From: Monocercomonoides exilis PA203
Taxonomy: Eukaryota; Protista; Preaxostyla
Assembly (NCBI GenBank): GCA_001643675.2
Contig: LSRY02000002.1
Location: 992,001-1,056,000, forward strand
Direction of reading: 5' to 3'
Length of the DNA: 64,000 bases
The translations under genes and the position numbers were made by a program. Shown here piece by piece: positions 23,948 through 35,200 of this stretch (position 1 is its first letter; each line of letters begins with the position of its first letter). The notes beneath the pieces were generated by a model. It was not told where the DNA came from. It saw nothing but the letters and a program-made list of their open reading frames with translations, and did not search any database.

Positions 23948-26148
23948 ATTCATGGTCAAGCAAAGACATAATCGTGGTCTGCCAAAGAACGCTTGCTCAC
24001 TGCAATTACAACTGCAAGATATTCATCAAAGTTGCAAGTTGGTGTGGACATCACACAACCGTTCAAAAAAGGAGGAAGGAAATGAATAGTCGATAATGAC
24101 ACTTCAAATCAGATAGAAAGAGAAATAAAGAAACTTAACCCGCATTCAACTTTGTGAAAAGTTGCACACGAAATGAAAAATGCAGGCCATTCTATTGGGA
24201 AATCTTCGGTTCATACAATTAAGACAGAAAGAAACAGTGATACACACAAGTTTCCTTTGTTTTCTTTAAAAAGAATAACTGTGTGTCTGTCAGATGATAA
24301 TTCTGAAGAAAATTAACTGCAAAGAATACACTTTGTTGAGAAGCTTATCCAAAACCAACGGGATGGAAATGATTCTTTTTTATTGACGAGATTTCTTGGA
24401 ACATTAGCTGCATCAGAAAGAACGGATAGTCGGAAAAGGAGGATAAAGTGCTTGTTCCTCCCTTTTCCTCTGTTTCAATCTATCACGACCATCACTTCAA
24501 TCTCAATGAACGGAATGGGATATCCAGAAGTTGTTCGAGGAACAATAAACCACGAACTTTTTGAAGCATATTCGAAAAGATTCTTGCTTTCCAGAAAAAC
24601 TTTTGAATCATCAGTTGTTGTCATAGACAATTCGTCATTTAATTATGAGAACACTGATAAAATAATTACAAAATTTGGACACAAAGTTCTGTTTTATTCC
24701 GCTTTCTCTACTGATCTGAATCCTATCGAAAACATTTCTGGTTTCTGGAAAGTCAAAGTTGAAGAAAACTATTTGAAATGGGAGGATGAGTGTCATTTCA
24801 TATCAACAATGCTTCAAACTTTTCAGAAAATAAAAGCATATGAAGTTAGAAAGACAATTATGCACGTGGAAAACGATGTGTGGCCTTGGGTTTTGGACAA
24901 AAAGGATTTGGAATGAACAACTCATATTCCTTGTCCAATTTCATTTCAACTAGTTTTTTCATTTTCAATATTCACTAAATAAAGAAAAGAAATCATAATA
25001 ATCATGAGCTTTTTTAGTTTTATTTTGAAGTTAAAAAGTTGATTGAATAAAAAAGGAAAATGAAAAAAATAGCTCACAAGTGGAATAATATTTCGCTTCA
25101 AGTATTTTCATTTAAAAATTATGCACTTTTCATTGACTATTTCATATAAATAAACACAATAAAAATTGGTTCATTTTTTGACATTCGTGAAATGTTGGAA
25201 AACTTAATGTTTTTATTTCAACGATGCTTGTTTTCGGATATGAAAATCATATTTATTTTGAAATCTAAGAAAGTTAAATAAAGTTATGAGCGAAGCAATT
25301 ATTTTGTGCTTTGTTCATAAAAAGCTTGAAATTCGGTATTTTCCCCCATTTTTTCATTCATTTTTTTGCTAATTATTTTTGTTTTATGTAAATTCGAAAA
25401 GAAAAAAATTCATTTCCATATAAAAAATTGATGTCTTTCTCATTATTTCCGAAAAAAACAAAAAATTGATTTGATAAAAAAAATGCTTGTTTTTTGTTAT
25501 TCAAAAGCATGTATTTTTTTTATATTTTTATTATCAAAGTGATGATTTTTGTAATTGTCATAAACTAATAATAATTTATTTTTCATCAGTTGTAATTTTT
25601 AAAAAACAGTTTTCTTTGAGTCAAAATATTTGATTGGTTAAATAATGACTTGAAGTTTACTGTAATTAATACTCAAAATAAACTTAAAACTTCAGGAATA
25701 AATGAATTTCGAAATTTAATTATTAATTCCGAAATCGAATTATTTTTTTATCGAATTCGAATTATTAATACCGAATTTGTATTATTCTTTCACGAAGATG
25801 AATTATTTTTGGTGTTTGAGAAAAAATAAATAAATGAATAAATAAATAAATTTCTGTGACAATGAATACACATACCAGATGATAATATTGATCTAACGAA
25901 ATAATACTCTTTTTTTAATGTTGGTTCATTTTTTAAAAATTTTTAAAAAATATGGGACAAAATTTTATGCTTTATGTACAGATACTCACTGTTCTTGTTA
26001 ATTGTTAATTCTTTTTGTATTATTGAAATAAAGAAAAACAAAGATTTGATGAATATTTTGTTTATTTTATCTTGTTTTTTTTTGTAATGCACCATGAAAT
26101 ATAAATGAAAAAAACTCTTACACATATCAATTGTTCTCCAAGTGTTGT

Positions 26149-27560
26149 TTATTGCGGAAGTCCTAAATAAACTGACATTTTGTCAATGTTCATTATTCCC
26201 CATAAACCTCTCTTTGTTTGTCTTGTTTTTCTTGTATATGAAAGCGACATTGATTTGTTGTCCAATTTCACAATTTCTTTCACTTTTTTGAAGCTTTCTT
26301 CAAAGATCTGGGCTGTTAAAGGAGTTTTATGATAATCATTCACAAGTCCACTTTCTTTGAATGCAGAAAAAATGTTGATCGATGAAGAAACTTGCAGAAT
26401 GGCATTCACTGCAACCCACAAAAGTTGCTCCATACTATCATGCGTTGAACCTGATCTTACCTGTTGAATTTGAAGTTTCCAAAGAGAAAAAATTAATAAA
26501 TCCAATGACTGCAACAAGTGTTTTGTATTCGGAGGCAAAACCAAAAGCAAAATATTCTCATTATAAAGACGAGTCAATACATTATCCGATAGGTGGATTC
26601 TGCAGCCATCAAGAATCAACACTGCCTGTACGTGTTTATCTGGCAAAATCATTCTTTTAATGTTGATATGAGGAATAAAAACTTTCTCAATCCAGTTTTC
26701 AAACCACTCCTTTGTGAAATATGACGAATTTCCGACTTCTACGCAACCATGAATTCCTATTTGATAGCCTAGAGACCGAAGGGATCTTGTGTTGAACGGT
26801 TTTTGCACCAGAAAACAAGGAGGGACAAAAGTTCCATCAAGTGAAATGCAATGAAGCAATGATAACCCTTTTTATCTCCTCTGTCAACAGGCGTGTGATC
26901 AATTACACGATTCTCATTTGTTCCGACTATAAGGTTCATTTTGTATCTTCATGCGCGTGATAACCTGATTCATCAGCACAGAAGATCATGGATGAATATT
27001 TTCCACACACATATTGAACCAAATGATTTTTCCAGATGATAATGCTTTGTTCCGATATTTTCATTCTTTTTTCTTCTCTTACGCTTGAAGGAACGATCAT
27101 CAATTCCTCGCTCTGCCTTTTTATGAATGAAGAATGAAAATTGTGAGAAGGCGTTTTATGACAAACTTTCGCAACAACTGCTTTTAGCATTTTCGGTGTG
27201 ATTTTCTTTCTTTTATCTCTCAGATTTTTTTAAAATTTCCATGACTCGTTTTACTTGCTTTCGAGTCGTCAACATGTTTTTTTTCTCAATTACCTTTTTC
27301 CTTATTTATCCGGTGCTTTCCTGGCAGACAAGGCTCGGTGTGCAGTTGAGTGCCTTTGCAATTCGCACGTTAGAAGGAATTTTAACTTTTCTCATTTTGC
27401 AAGCGTAGAAGAAGGAACGAATTAATGAAACTTTCGTTTTTGAAGTGTTTCGCGACAAGAAGGTTGAAATGAAGTGGAGGTCCAATTTTGGAATAAATCC
27501 TGTAAAAACTGTTTCAAATGAAGATGTGCAAAAAGTTGAAATAACGAAAGGCATTTCCAA
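26149..27560 (-). pseudogene. pogo/Fot1-like (DDE_1) transposase pseudogene, DD35D
   Basis: IFCADESG, LHCISLDGTFVPP, FENWIEKVFIP, AVLILDGCRIH...LVLPPNTKHLLQSLDLLIF (35 residues between the 2nd and 3rd D). Broken into several ORFs by stops and frameshifts. Confidence 0.88.
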
Positions 27561-28435
27561 TAAAAAGATATACAAATATGTTTAACTGAAACAACCATAA
27601 TAATTAAAGAATTATCGTTGGCAACATTTAACAATTAACATGAACGATGAGTGACTGTATTTTGTTCCACACAATATTTTCTTTCATTTTTCTCAATTTT
27701 TTAAATTTTGCTTATTTTTTGACAGAGAATAAAAGATTTTTTATGCTGCTATTGCAGAAGAACTTAGGAACAAATCTTTGTTTTTTCATAAATGCAAGAA
27801 TTTTATCCCATATAATCAGTTATTTTTAATGGTCAGTGTTTAGCAAAATTTTCGTCCCAAGTGTTATTATCTAAATTGCAGAAATTTTCATTTTAAAGAA
27901 TTATTTGAGTTTTTATTTTTTATTTTTATTTTTATTTTATTTTATTTTTTTGAAAAAAAAAAAATCAATTGTTCATAATAATTTCCAGGTGAGAATGCAT
28001 TTGTCTTGTATAAGAAATCTCTATCAACTTCATAACCAAGCTTTGCCTTAACAACAAACATGAAAAGCAAAAAATTATAAAATAAATAAATAAATTTAAA
28101 AATTAAAAACATCAAAGAAGATAAATAAGAAATGAGAATATGGAATGAAAGAATCAGGGACAGTTGAAAAAAATAAACATAAGACAAAACTCGGTACTTA
28201 TTTCAGTCAAATAATAGAAGTATCAGTGTTGAGAATATGAAAAAACAAAAAATTCATAGAAAATGAAATATCAATTTACAATCAATTATACATATGCATT
28301 TACTGTTCTTTTAATTGTATATTTTTATTAAAATTAAAATAATCAGCCAGCTCACTCGCTAATTTCACTCTTACAAACAGCTGGGTTTTCTCTTTATTAA
28401 GTGACAGCAAGATTTACAGTTTATGTGATATTTTT

Positions 28436-29149
28436 TTAAATATCACCTTCTTCTTCATAACCTGCTTCGGGTTCATCCATCGCTTCCTGCTCTTCTTCAT
28501 TTGCTAATAAGCCAGTTTCTTCATCACCTTCTTCATCTGCTGTTGCAACTGCTGAAATGGAAACATCACCCCCCATAGAATCCGCATGATAAGTGGTCGT
28601 AACGACATTTCCATTCTCATCAACGGTTGTTGCTGTTGCTGTAATTTCTGCATTCATCGTTGGAGCCTCGTAGCCTTCTTCATATTCATCACTATCATAG
28701 CTAGTTGATCGAGTACTTGTTGAAGATGAATAACCCATTGATGATGATGAAGATGAAGATGTTGTAACTGTAGTTGAAGAATAGCTTATACCACCTGATG
28801 TGCTTTTTGACGTGCTTTTTGCTTTGCTTTTCCCGGTTGCAGCCTTTGTTTTTCCTTTTGATTTTCCCGCTTTAACTTTTTCTATTCCCTGGTCAATTTT
28901 TTTTGAAACCTGCTTTTGACCTGCAGAAATAACAGTATCCAACAATGTTTGGGGTTCTTTAGATTTTCCTTTTGATGCTGCCGGTTTGGCTGTTTTTTTT
29001 GGATTTCCTCCATTTAATTGTTTTTGAACAGTTTGAGTTGCCGTTTGCTTTGCTGCCTTCAAAAGCTTATCTTCTACTTGTTGTGTTGAAGTGATTCCAA
29101 CAGCTTTTTTAAATGAATCCACAGGAACCTGAGAAAAGCAATCTCCCAT
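28436..29149 (-). CDS. Hypothetical 237-aa protein with N-terminal MGxCxS acylation motif, basic middle and acidic tail
   Basis: Clean ORF MGDCFSQ..., followed by K/A-rich, S/T-rich and then E/D-rich segments. Confidence 0.75.
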   Translation of the reverse strand: MGDCFSQVPVDSFKKAVGITSTQQVEDKLLKAAKQTATQTVQKQLNGGNPKKTAKPAASKGKSKEPQTLLDTVISAGQKQVSKKIDQGIEKVKAGKSKGKTKAATGKSKAKSTSKSTSGGISYSSTTVTTSSSSSSSMGYSSSTSTRSTSYDSDEYEEGYEAPTMNAEITATATTVDENGNVVTTTYHADSMGGDVSISAVATADEEGDEETGLLANEEEQEAMDEPEAGYEEEGDI

Positions 29150-29299
29150 CTCGATCTTTGTATTGATCTGGAATTATAATTTCTAATTAATTTCTCATCT
29201 TGTGTTTTTTTAATTACTTTCACAAACAAGTCACGTGAAGCAATCGGAAAGTTTGCGTATTTAATTTTGATAAAAACTATTTTTTGTTTTTTCCTCACA

Positions 29300-32200
29300 T
29301 GGACATAATTAATTATTTCAAGCAATCGTTTTCTGTTGAGAAATATTTTATCAATCAGAAATAAAATCTTCAGCTCTCCATCCATTTAACATTTCTGATA
29401 TTCCTATTTTCTGTACTTTTTCACACCCAAAAGAAAAATTAATACGCAATTGATGGATTTTTTACCTTTTCCAATTGCTCCTAAAGAAAATCAACAACAG
29501 TTATTAAGATATATAAAGAAAAATTTAATTTTTTTTCTTATAACATTTGACTGTTGCTTTCTGAGGAAAGTTTATTCAGCTTTTGTTGTCCTTTTGATTG
29601 GACGTAACAATTATCCATGTGATGAAATTGACAAAATTTGCTCGTTAATTTTGTTAGCATTAACAAAGAATATACCAACAAACCCTCATAAATATTATCT
29701 TTTAAAATTTCTTTGCATTTTATACGGAAAGTTTGAACTCGAAATCTTTTTATTTACAAAAATTAAATACTATATTTCCCTGTCATATTCATCTTGAAGT
29801 AAAAATATCACGAAAGTTTTTGTGAAGTTTGACAGTGCGACTCTTTTGAAGATGTATAAAGCAATCTCAAACTTGGGTAACACTCAATCAGACGATTCGT
29901 ATGTTATTTAAAAGAATATGAACAATTTTCAGAAGTCATTTTCATTTTAATTGTTTTGTTAATTTTCATAGAAAAATCAACGAATTGAAAATGCAGATAT
30001 TCAATTATTTATATTGTAATTTTCATCCTTCGTCTGGAAGCAAAATTTTGTCTCATCTAAGAGCTGAATGCTTTGGTATCAATTTTGACACCAAAAAGTT
30101 CTTTACCAAACTGTACACATTTTTCCCAAAAGTGACGCAAGAAGTTCTTTCAACAAAGCTCGTTGGGGAGCTATTAAAATATTTTGAGATTTCAGGTAGG
30201 AAACATTTTTAAGTCTGCAAAACAAAATAAAAATAAAAAAAAAATATTTATTTAAATTTACAGGTACTGAAGGAAAATTGGCAGGAACTTTGTTTTTTGG
30301 ACGATGCTCGCAATGGGGAAAAATTTTGTGGACAAAAGAGCAGCTTGAACGAGTATTCCGTCCATTTTGGAAAGCTTGGATTGAACATTTGCTTGCATCC
30401 TCCTCAGACAATAGCGGCGGAGCAGATTTTGACTGCTCTGATGATTTTCGTGACCTTGAAAGCGGTTCTGATGCCCTCATCACTGAAGAAGCATATGCCA
30501 TTTTTATAGTCGATCTATTTGGAAAAGGCATAAACGAGACACTGAAAAACATACAAAAAGAACAATGTGTAGGAAACAGTAACAAATGCATCAGAGAAGC
30601 TAACAAGCTGGATAACGAATTACTTGTCGAGAAAAGTTCAAGTGACATTCGAGATTCTACCATTTCTCCTGCAACACAGAAGATTCATTTCACCAACTGT
30701 CCATCGACTTCCACAAGCAACTCGCAAAGCAGCACAACGTTAACAGCTCAGCAGCAGGAAATCAACCATGTTATGAATTCTGTGGCAGCGGAGCAGCTTC
30801 TGATGATTACGAATGGCATTCAGACAGCCTGCGACCCCCAAACGTCGTCTGATGTGAACGAGCCCGCGACGCTGTTTGTGGTTTGGTTTTTGAGAACATT
30901 GTGCTTGCGAGTCGAAAGCAGCTACAACGCCCGCACTTTGGAGCCGCCGTTCCACCAGCTGCTTGGAGAGCCAATGGACCGGGTTGTCGGGCTTGTTCTT
31001 CCGCCGCTGTGGAAGCTGTCGTTCTCGCAGGAGCACGCAATTGTCAAGTCGACACGCACAGGCTGGCTGTTTGCGAGCGAGCTGTGTCCAGGCGCAGTGG
31101 TGGACTTTTTGTGGGAAAAGGACATTTTGTCGTTCACGTCCTCGGTCACAGAGGAGCAGTCGAGCTGTTCGATGAGCATCTGCCTCGGCGTGTTTTCTTC
31201 AATTCTCGTGAGTCTGAGAAGGATTGAAAGAGAAGAAAGAGAAAGAAACGAGGAGATGAAAGAAAACAACAAAGTATTAAATTATGAACAAAGCAACGGA
31301 AACGTGGAAATGGCAGAAAATGAAGTAAACCAAAGAAAATCCGAAATTAACAATGATTTCAGCTTCTCTTCTCACAAAAAAAGCACTTCGACAAATTCAG
31401 GCTCTTCTTCTAGTGAAAGTTCTCTCTCGACAATTCAGAAGGCCATTTTGCTGCTTCAGAACATTCTGGACACGGCTGTCGAGATGTTAGACATGAACAA
31501 CCAGAGTGCTGCAAAGTATGCCTTCAAAATAATCAATTCATTTCTCAGGAGATGCCCAATCATCGACGCGAATGCAATAAAAGTCGAAGCTGCTGATTAT
31601 AATAAGCTCTTAAAGTCCTGCGACTCTTCTTCAGAAACTGACACCGATTTGCATTTGCAATTCCCTGCAAAGCAGTCAAAAGCAGACAATCCTGCAGATG
31701 TTCCTTTTTCAGGTCAAACAAAAGCTTCTTTGGAATCCACCTCACACCACACAAACACATCACACTATCCAATTCACAAAAGCTCACTTCAAAGTTCTTC
31801 TTCATACTTGCCCTTTTCCCAGTCGACGTATTCTGCTCTGCTGAAATTCACTTCATTTCTGCCAGATTGGGCCACTCGGCTTCTCACCCGCGTTCTGTCT
31901 CTCACTCACACCGTTCAGCCGTTTGAGACACACATCTCATTCCAAATGTCGTCTCTTGTGTCCACCACACTCACTTTGCTCTTTTCGCAGGTGAGTTTTC
32001 CCGTTCAGTCAATGCAGCACTCAAATATGACAGAAGGAAGTGATTCTGTGTCGTCTTCAATGCGAATACAGGCACTTTCGTCACAGAAGGCACTGCTGGA
32101 TGGGATGTTTGAGCAAGTTGTGGAGCATCTCTCACAAAACATAGCCACGATGGATGTTGTTGTAGCTGGCGATGTGGCGAATGCGCTGTGCTTTGGTGTG

Positions 32201-35200
32201 GGAGTGGAGAAAGTGCTCGAGAAAGTCATTTTCAGAGTCTGGAGGCGCAAAGGATGGTGGCCGATTTGGAAAGACGAGGCAGAGAAAGAGAAAGAGAAAG
32301 AGAATAAAAATAAGAAAGAGAATAAGAAAGTGGAAGGAAATGTCGAAGGCGAAAAGAAAAGTGAAGCGAAATCACGGAAATTTGAAATGAGCGTGTTCAA
32401 GTTACGCCCAGTTTCAGACATACGACATGAAATAATTGAAGATTTGAATTCACAGGGAGTCAATCTATTTTCAAAGCAAGTTTCTTTGCTATCTTCGGTT
32501 TGCCAATTGATATCTTTATGTAAATTATGTTGAATGTGAATGAGATTTTTCAAAAATAAAGCAAATGAATGAGAATTATTAGATTTCCACCCCCTTTTTT
32601 GATTTGATATTTTTGCTCTTTTTTTTATCTTTTAGCATATTTTTATTTGTCATTATCATTGATTTCTTTAAAAAAATGCTTTTATATGATGATTTTGATT
32701 CTTTTTCTTTTCTTCGAATATTTTTTCATCAAAATTTTATTCACAAAGATTTTATATATGAGCGGCCGTGCAATAATCCCTTATGTCTCTCCTCTTGTCA
32801 CACTTTCACTCGCCTTTGCTGAAGTTTCTGTTGAAGACGAGGTCTCTAAAGCAGGAATCGAACTTCTAGCACATGTCTGCCAATCTGTTTATTTATTGTG
32901 GTTAAAAATGATTTTTCTGTTTCTGTTTCTATTTCTTTCTCATTTCTTATGAAATTTTTTATTTTATTCTCACGTTATATATATAAATTTATAATTTCTT
33001 TCTATCAAATAAAAAAAATTCGATTAATAGGTGTTGCGCACTCTTCTCACATGCTATCCGATTGAAGCGCGTAGTCATCCAATCAGCTGCTTTTCGGATC
33101 CTTCGTTTTTGGCATCTCATCCGCTTTTCTGGAATGTCAGGTTTTACAATTCTGACAAAGGAAAGAAGCCATTTTTCACTCCTTCCTTTTATTCGGGTAT
33201 AGACAACACTTTTGGCGAGATGGACGAATTTGAAGAAGAAGAATCTCAAACCAATTCAACATCAAATTCATTTTCCTCAACTTCACAATCTTCATCAACC
33301 ACAAAGCAACACACACAATCGTTCTTTTATGATGACAGCCGCTATTCTAACAAGTTGATCACAAAGTTTCGACAGAAGCCGAGTTTCAAAACAAGCAGTG
33401 TTTGGCACATTCCGCAGCCAGACGAAATCGAAGGCGGAGCTTTTGTGCTGCGGCAGACAATATCGATGCTGCTTGACGAAATGAAAGGCATTGTCAAAGA
33501 AGACAGTCTGTTTATTTCCACTTCAAAGATTTGCGTGAAGAAAAAAACAAAAATAAACAAAAAAGCTAAAATGGAAGAGAATAATGAAGAGCTCGAGTTG
33601 GATGAGATTGAGATTGAAGAAGGTTTAAGCAAAGAGGCAGATGAAAATGAAAGCGAAGATTCTTTCGATTGGAATGAAGAAGCAGACCAGGACGAAGACG
33701 GAAATCGATCAAGCAAAAGCGAGCTTGACGACTTGGACGATATGGATTTGGATTCAGAGACAAAAGAAGCACCGAAAGAGGCAATGAAGTTGTCAAATTC
33801 AAATTCAGAAGCAAAAGATGAAGAAGGCAAAGAAAGCAAATCGGACGAACCATCTTCCCAACAACAACAGCAGTCTTCTGCCTCAGTCTATCGCTCCCTC
33901 CGCATCCAGGTCAGAGCGAAACTTATGAAAACTATCAGTTTCTTGTATCTTGTCATTGCAGAAGCGATGCCGCTGCTTCAGCCGTTCACCTCCACAGATC
34001 TTACACCGTCTTTACAGCGCTTTGCAATAAGCAGAGGTTTAGCTTCTTTAAAGCCACCTACGAGTAAAACAAGATATTCTCCATCTTTTGTTCCTGGGCC
34101 AAAAGACGTCACTCCATCACTTTCGCCTGTTTTGATGTCGGATTCAAGTTCTCCGACATATGAACTGGCTGCTTCACCAGCTATAGGCAGCTTGGAATAT
34201 ACATCCGATTCAGCTTATTCTCCAAGCATGTCTAACGTCAATGGAGTTGTTGAGGCTGTTGCTGAAAACAACTTGGAATCGTATTTTGAATCTGAGGAAG
34301 CGATCGAGCTGAACATCGATCTTGATGGAGGCACCAGCCTTGGGAATCAGACGGAAGAAGATGAGGCACAAGATGAAGCGGAGGCGATTGATACGATCGT
34401 CGCAGACAACGAAGAACAAGATGCAAATGCAGGCTTGATTGATCCGTTGGATGAAGAGACAGCGATGCAAATAATGGAACGAGTGTTGACAGTTGAGATT
34501 GGTGAGAATGAAAATGGAAACGCAATATTTGACCCAGTGCAAGGGAAGTTTGATTATCCTATTCCGTTACCTTTGAAAAGCGAGTGTAAACCAATGCACA
34601 AAGAAAGAAAATTCCAGGAAACTGTTATGCGAACAATGAATACCACCGATGGAGGAGCGGCAGATATTGAAAACGGGATTATAATGGATAAGTATCCAAG
34701 AAAAAAGACAAGGAAAGAAACAGCTTATTGGTTCAAAAACAAATACGACGATGAAGAAACAAGTGACTCTCAAGACGATGAGATTAACAACACTTCTGCA
34801 TCTTCTTCAGAAACAACAGAAACATCAAGCACAGAGGAAGATAAATCGACAAACACTTTCCAGATAATTCCAGTGACATTTTCAGTCCCCACGTTGGAGC
34901 ACATATTTGAAATAACACATCTCCTTGCACATTTTCTGATGAAATACACTCCTGATGAAACAGATGCCATTATGATTGTTTTTAGTCTTATGCGTTCGCT
35001 TCTGGCATTTCCGGACTTGTCCACAATGGATCGATTTGCGCTTCTCAACTTATCCAACATGGATTCCACTAGAATCCTTACGGAAGCTGGCTCTTCACGA
35101 ATTTTTGCAATTGCCGATGAAAACAAAGATTCTGTTAAAAGATGGGAATTTCAGATGTCACAAATGCATAACTTTAAAGTTGGTACAAAAAAAGAAAAGA

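Larger units (their letters stand above)
20624..24916 (+). pseudogene. Tc1/IS630-like transposase pseudogene, copy 2, interrupted by the 20929-23947 insertion
   Basis: The 5' part (KPHTPATLEKRRKLTNLFRIHG) matches copy 1 (NPNTPATYAK*KKLAELCRILG). After removing the insert and one TSD the frame continues QAKT*..LLTAITTARYSSKLQVGVDITQP, matching LTPVTTSIYLAKLRIGIDIT*P in copy 1. The 3' part has VVIDNSS...DLNPIENISGFW. A TIR-like motif lies at ~20511-20540. Confidence 0.85.

Noticed and set aside
25650-25780. CGAATTATTAAT-like short repeats and a TTTACTGTA end resembling pogo termini
   Set aside because: No matching partner end or TSD could be defined; too degenerate to call.
18020-27560. In-frame TAA/TAG/TGA in transposases as a possible alternative genetic code
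   Set aside because: All three stop types and frameshifts occur, and long host genes are open in the standard code and end in TAA, TAG or TGA. This is decay, not recoding.
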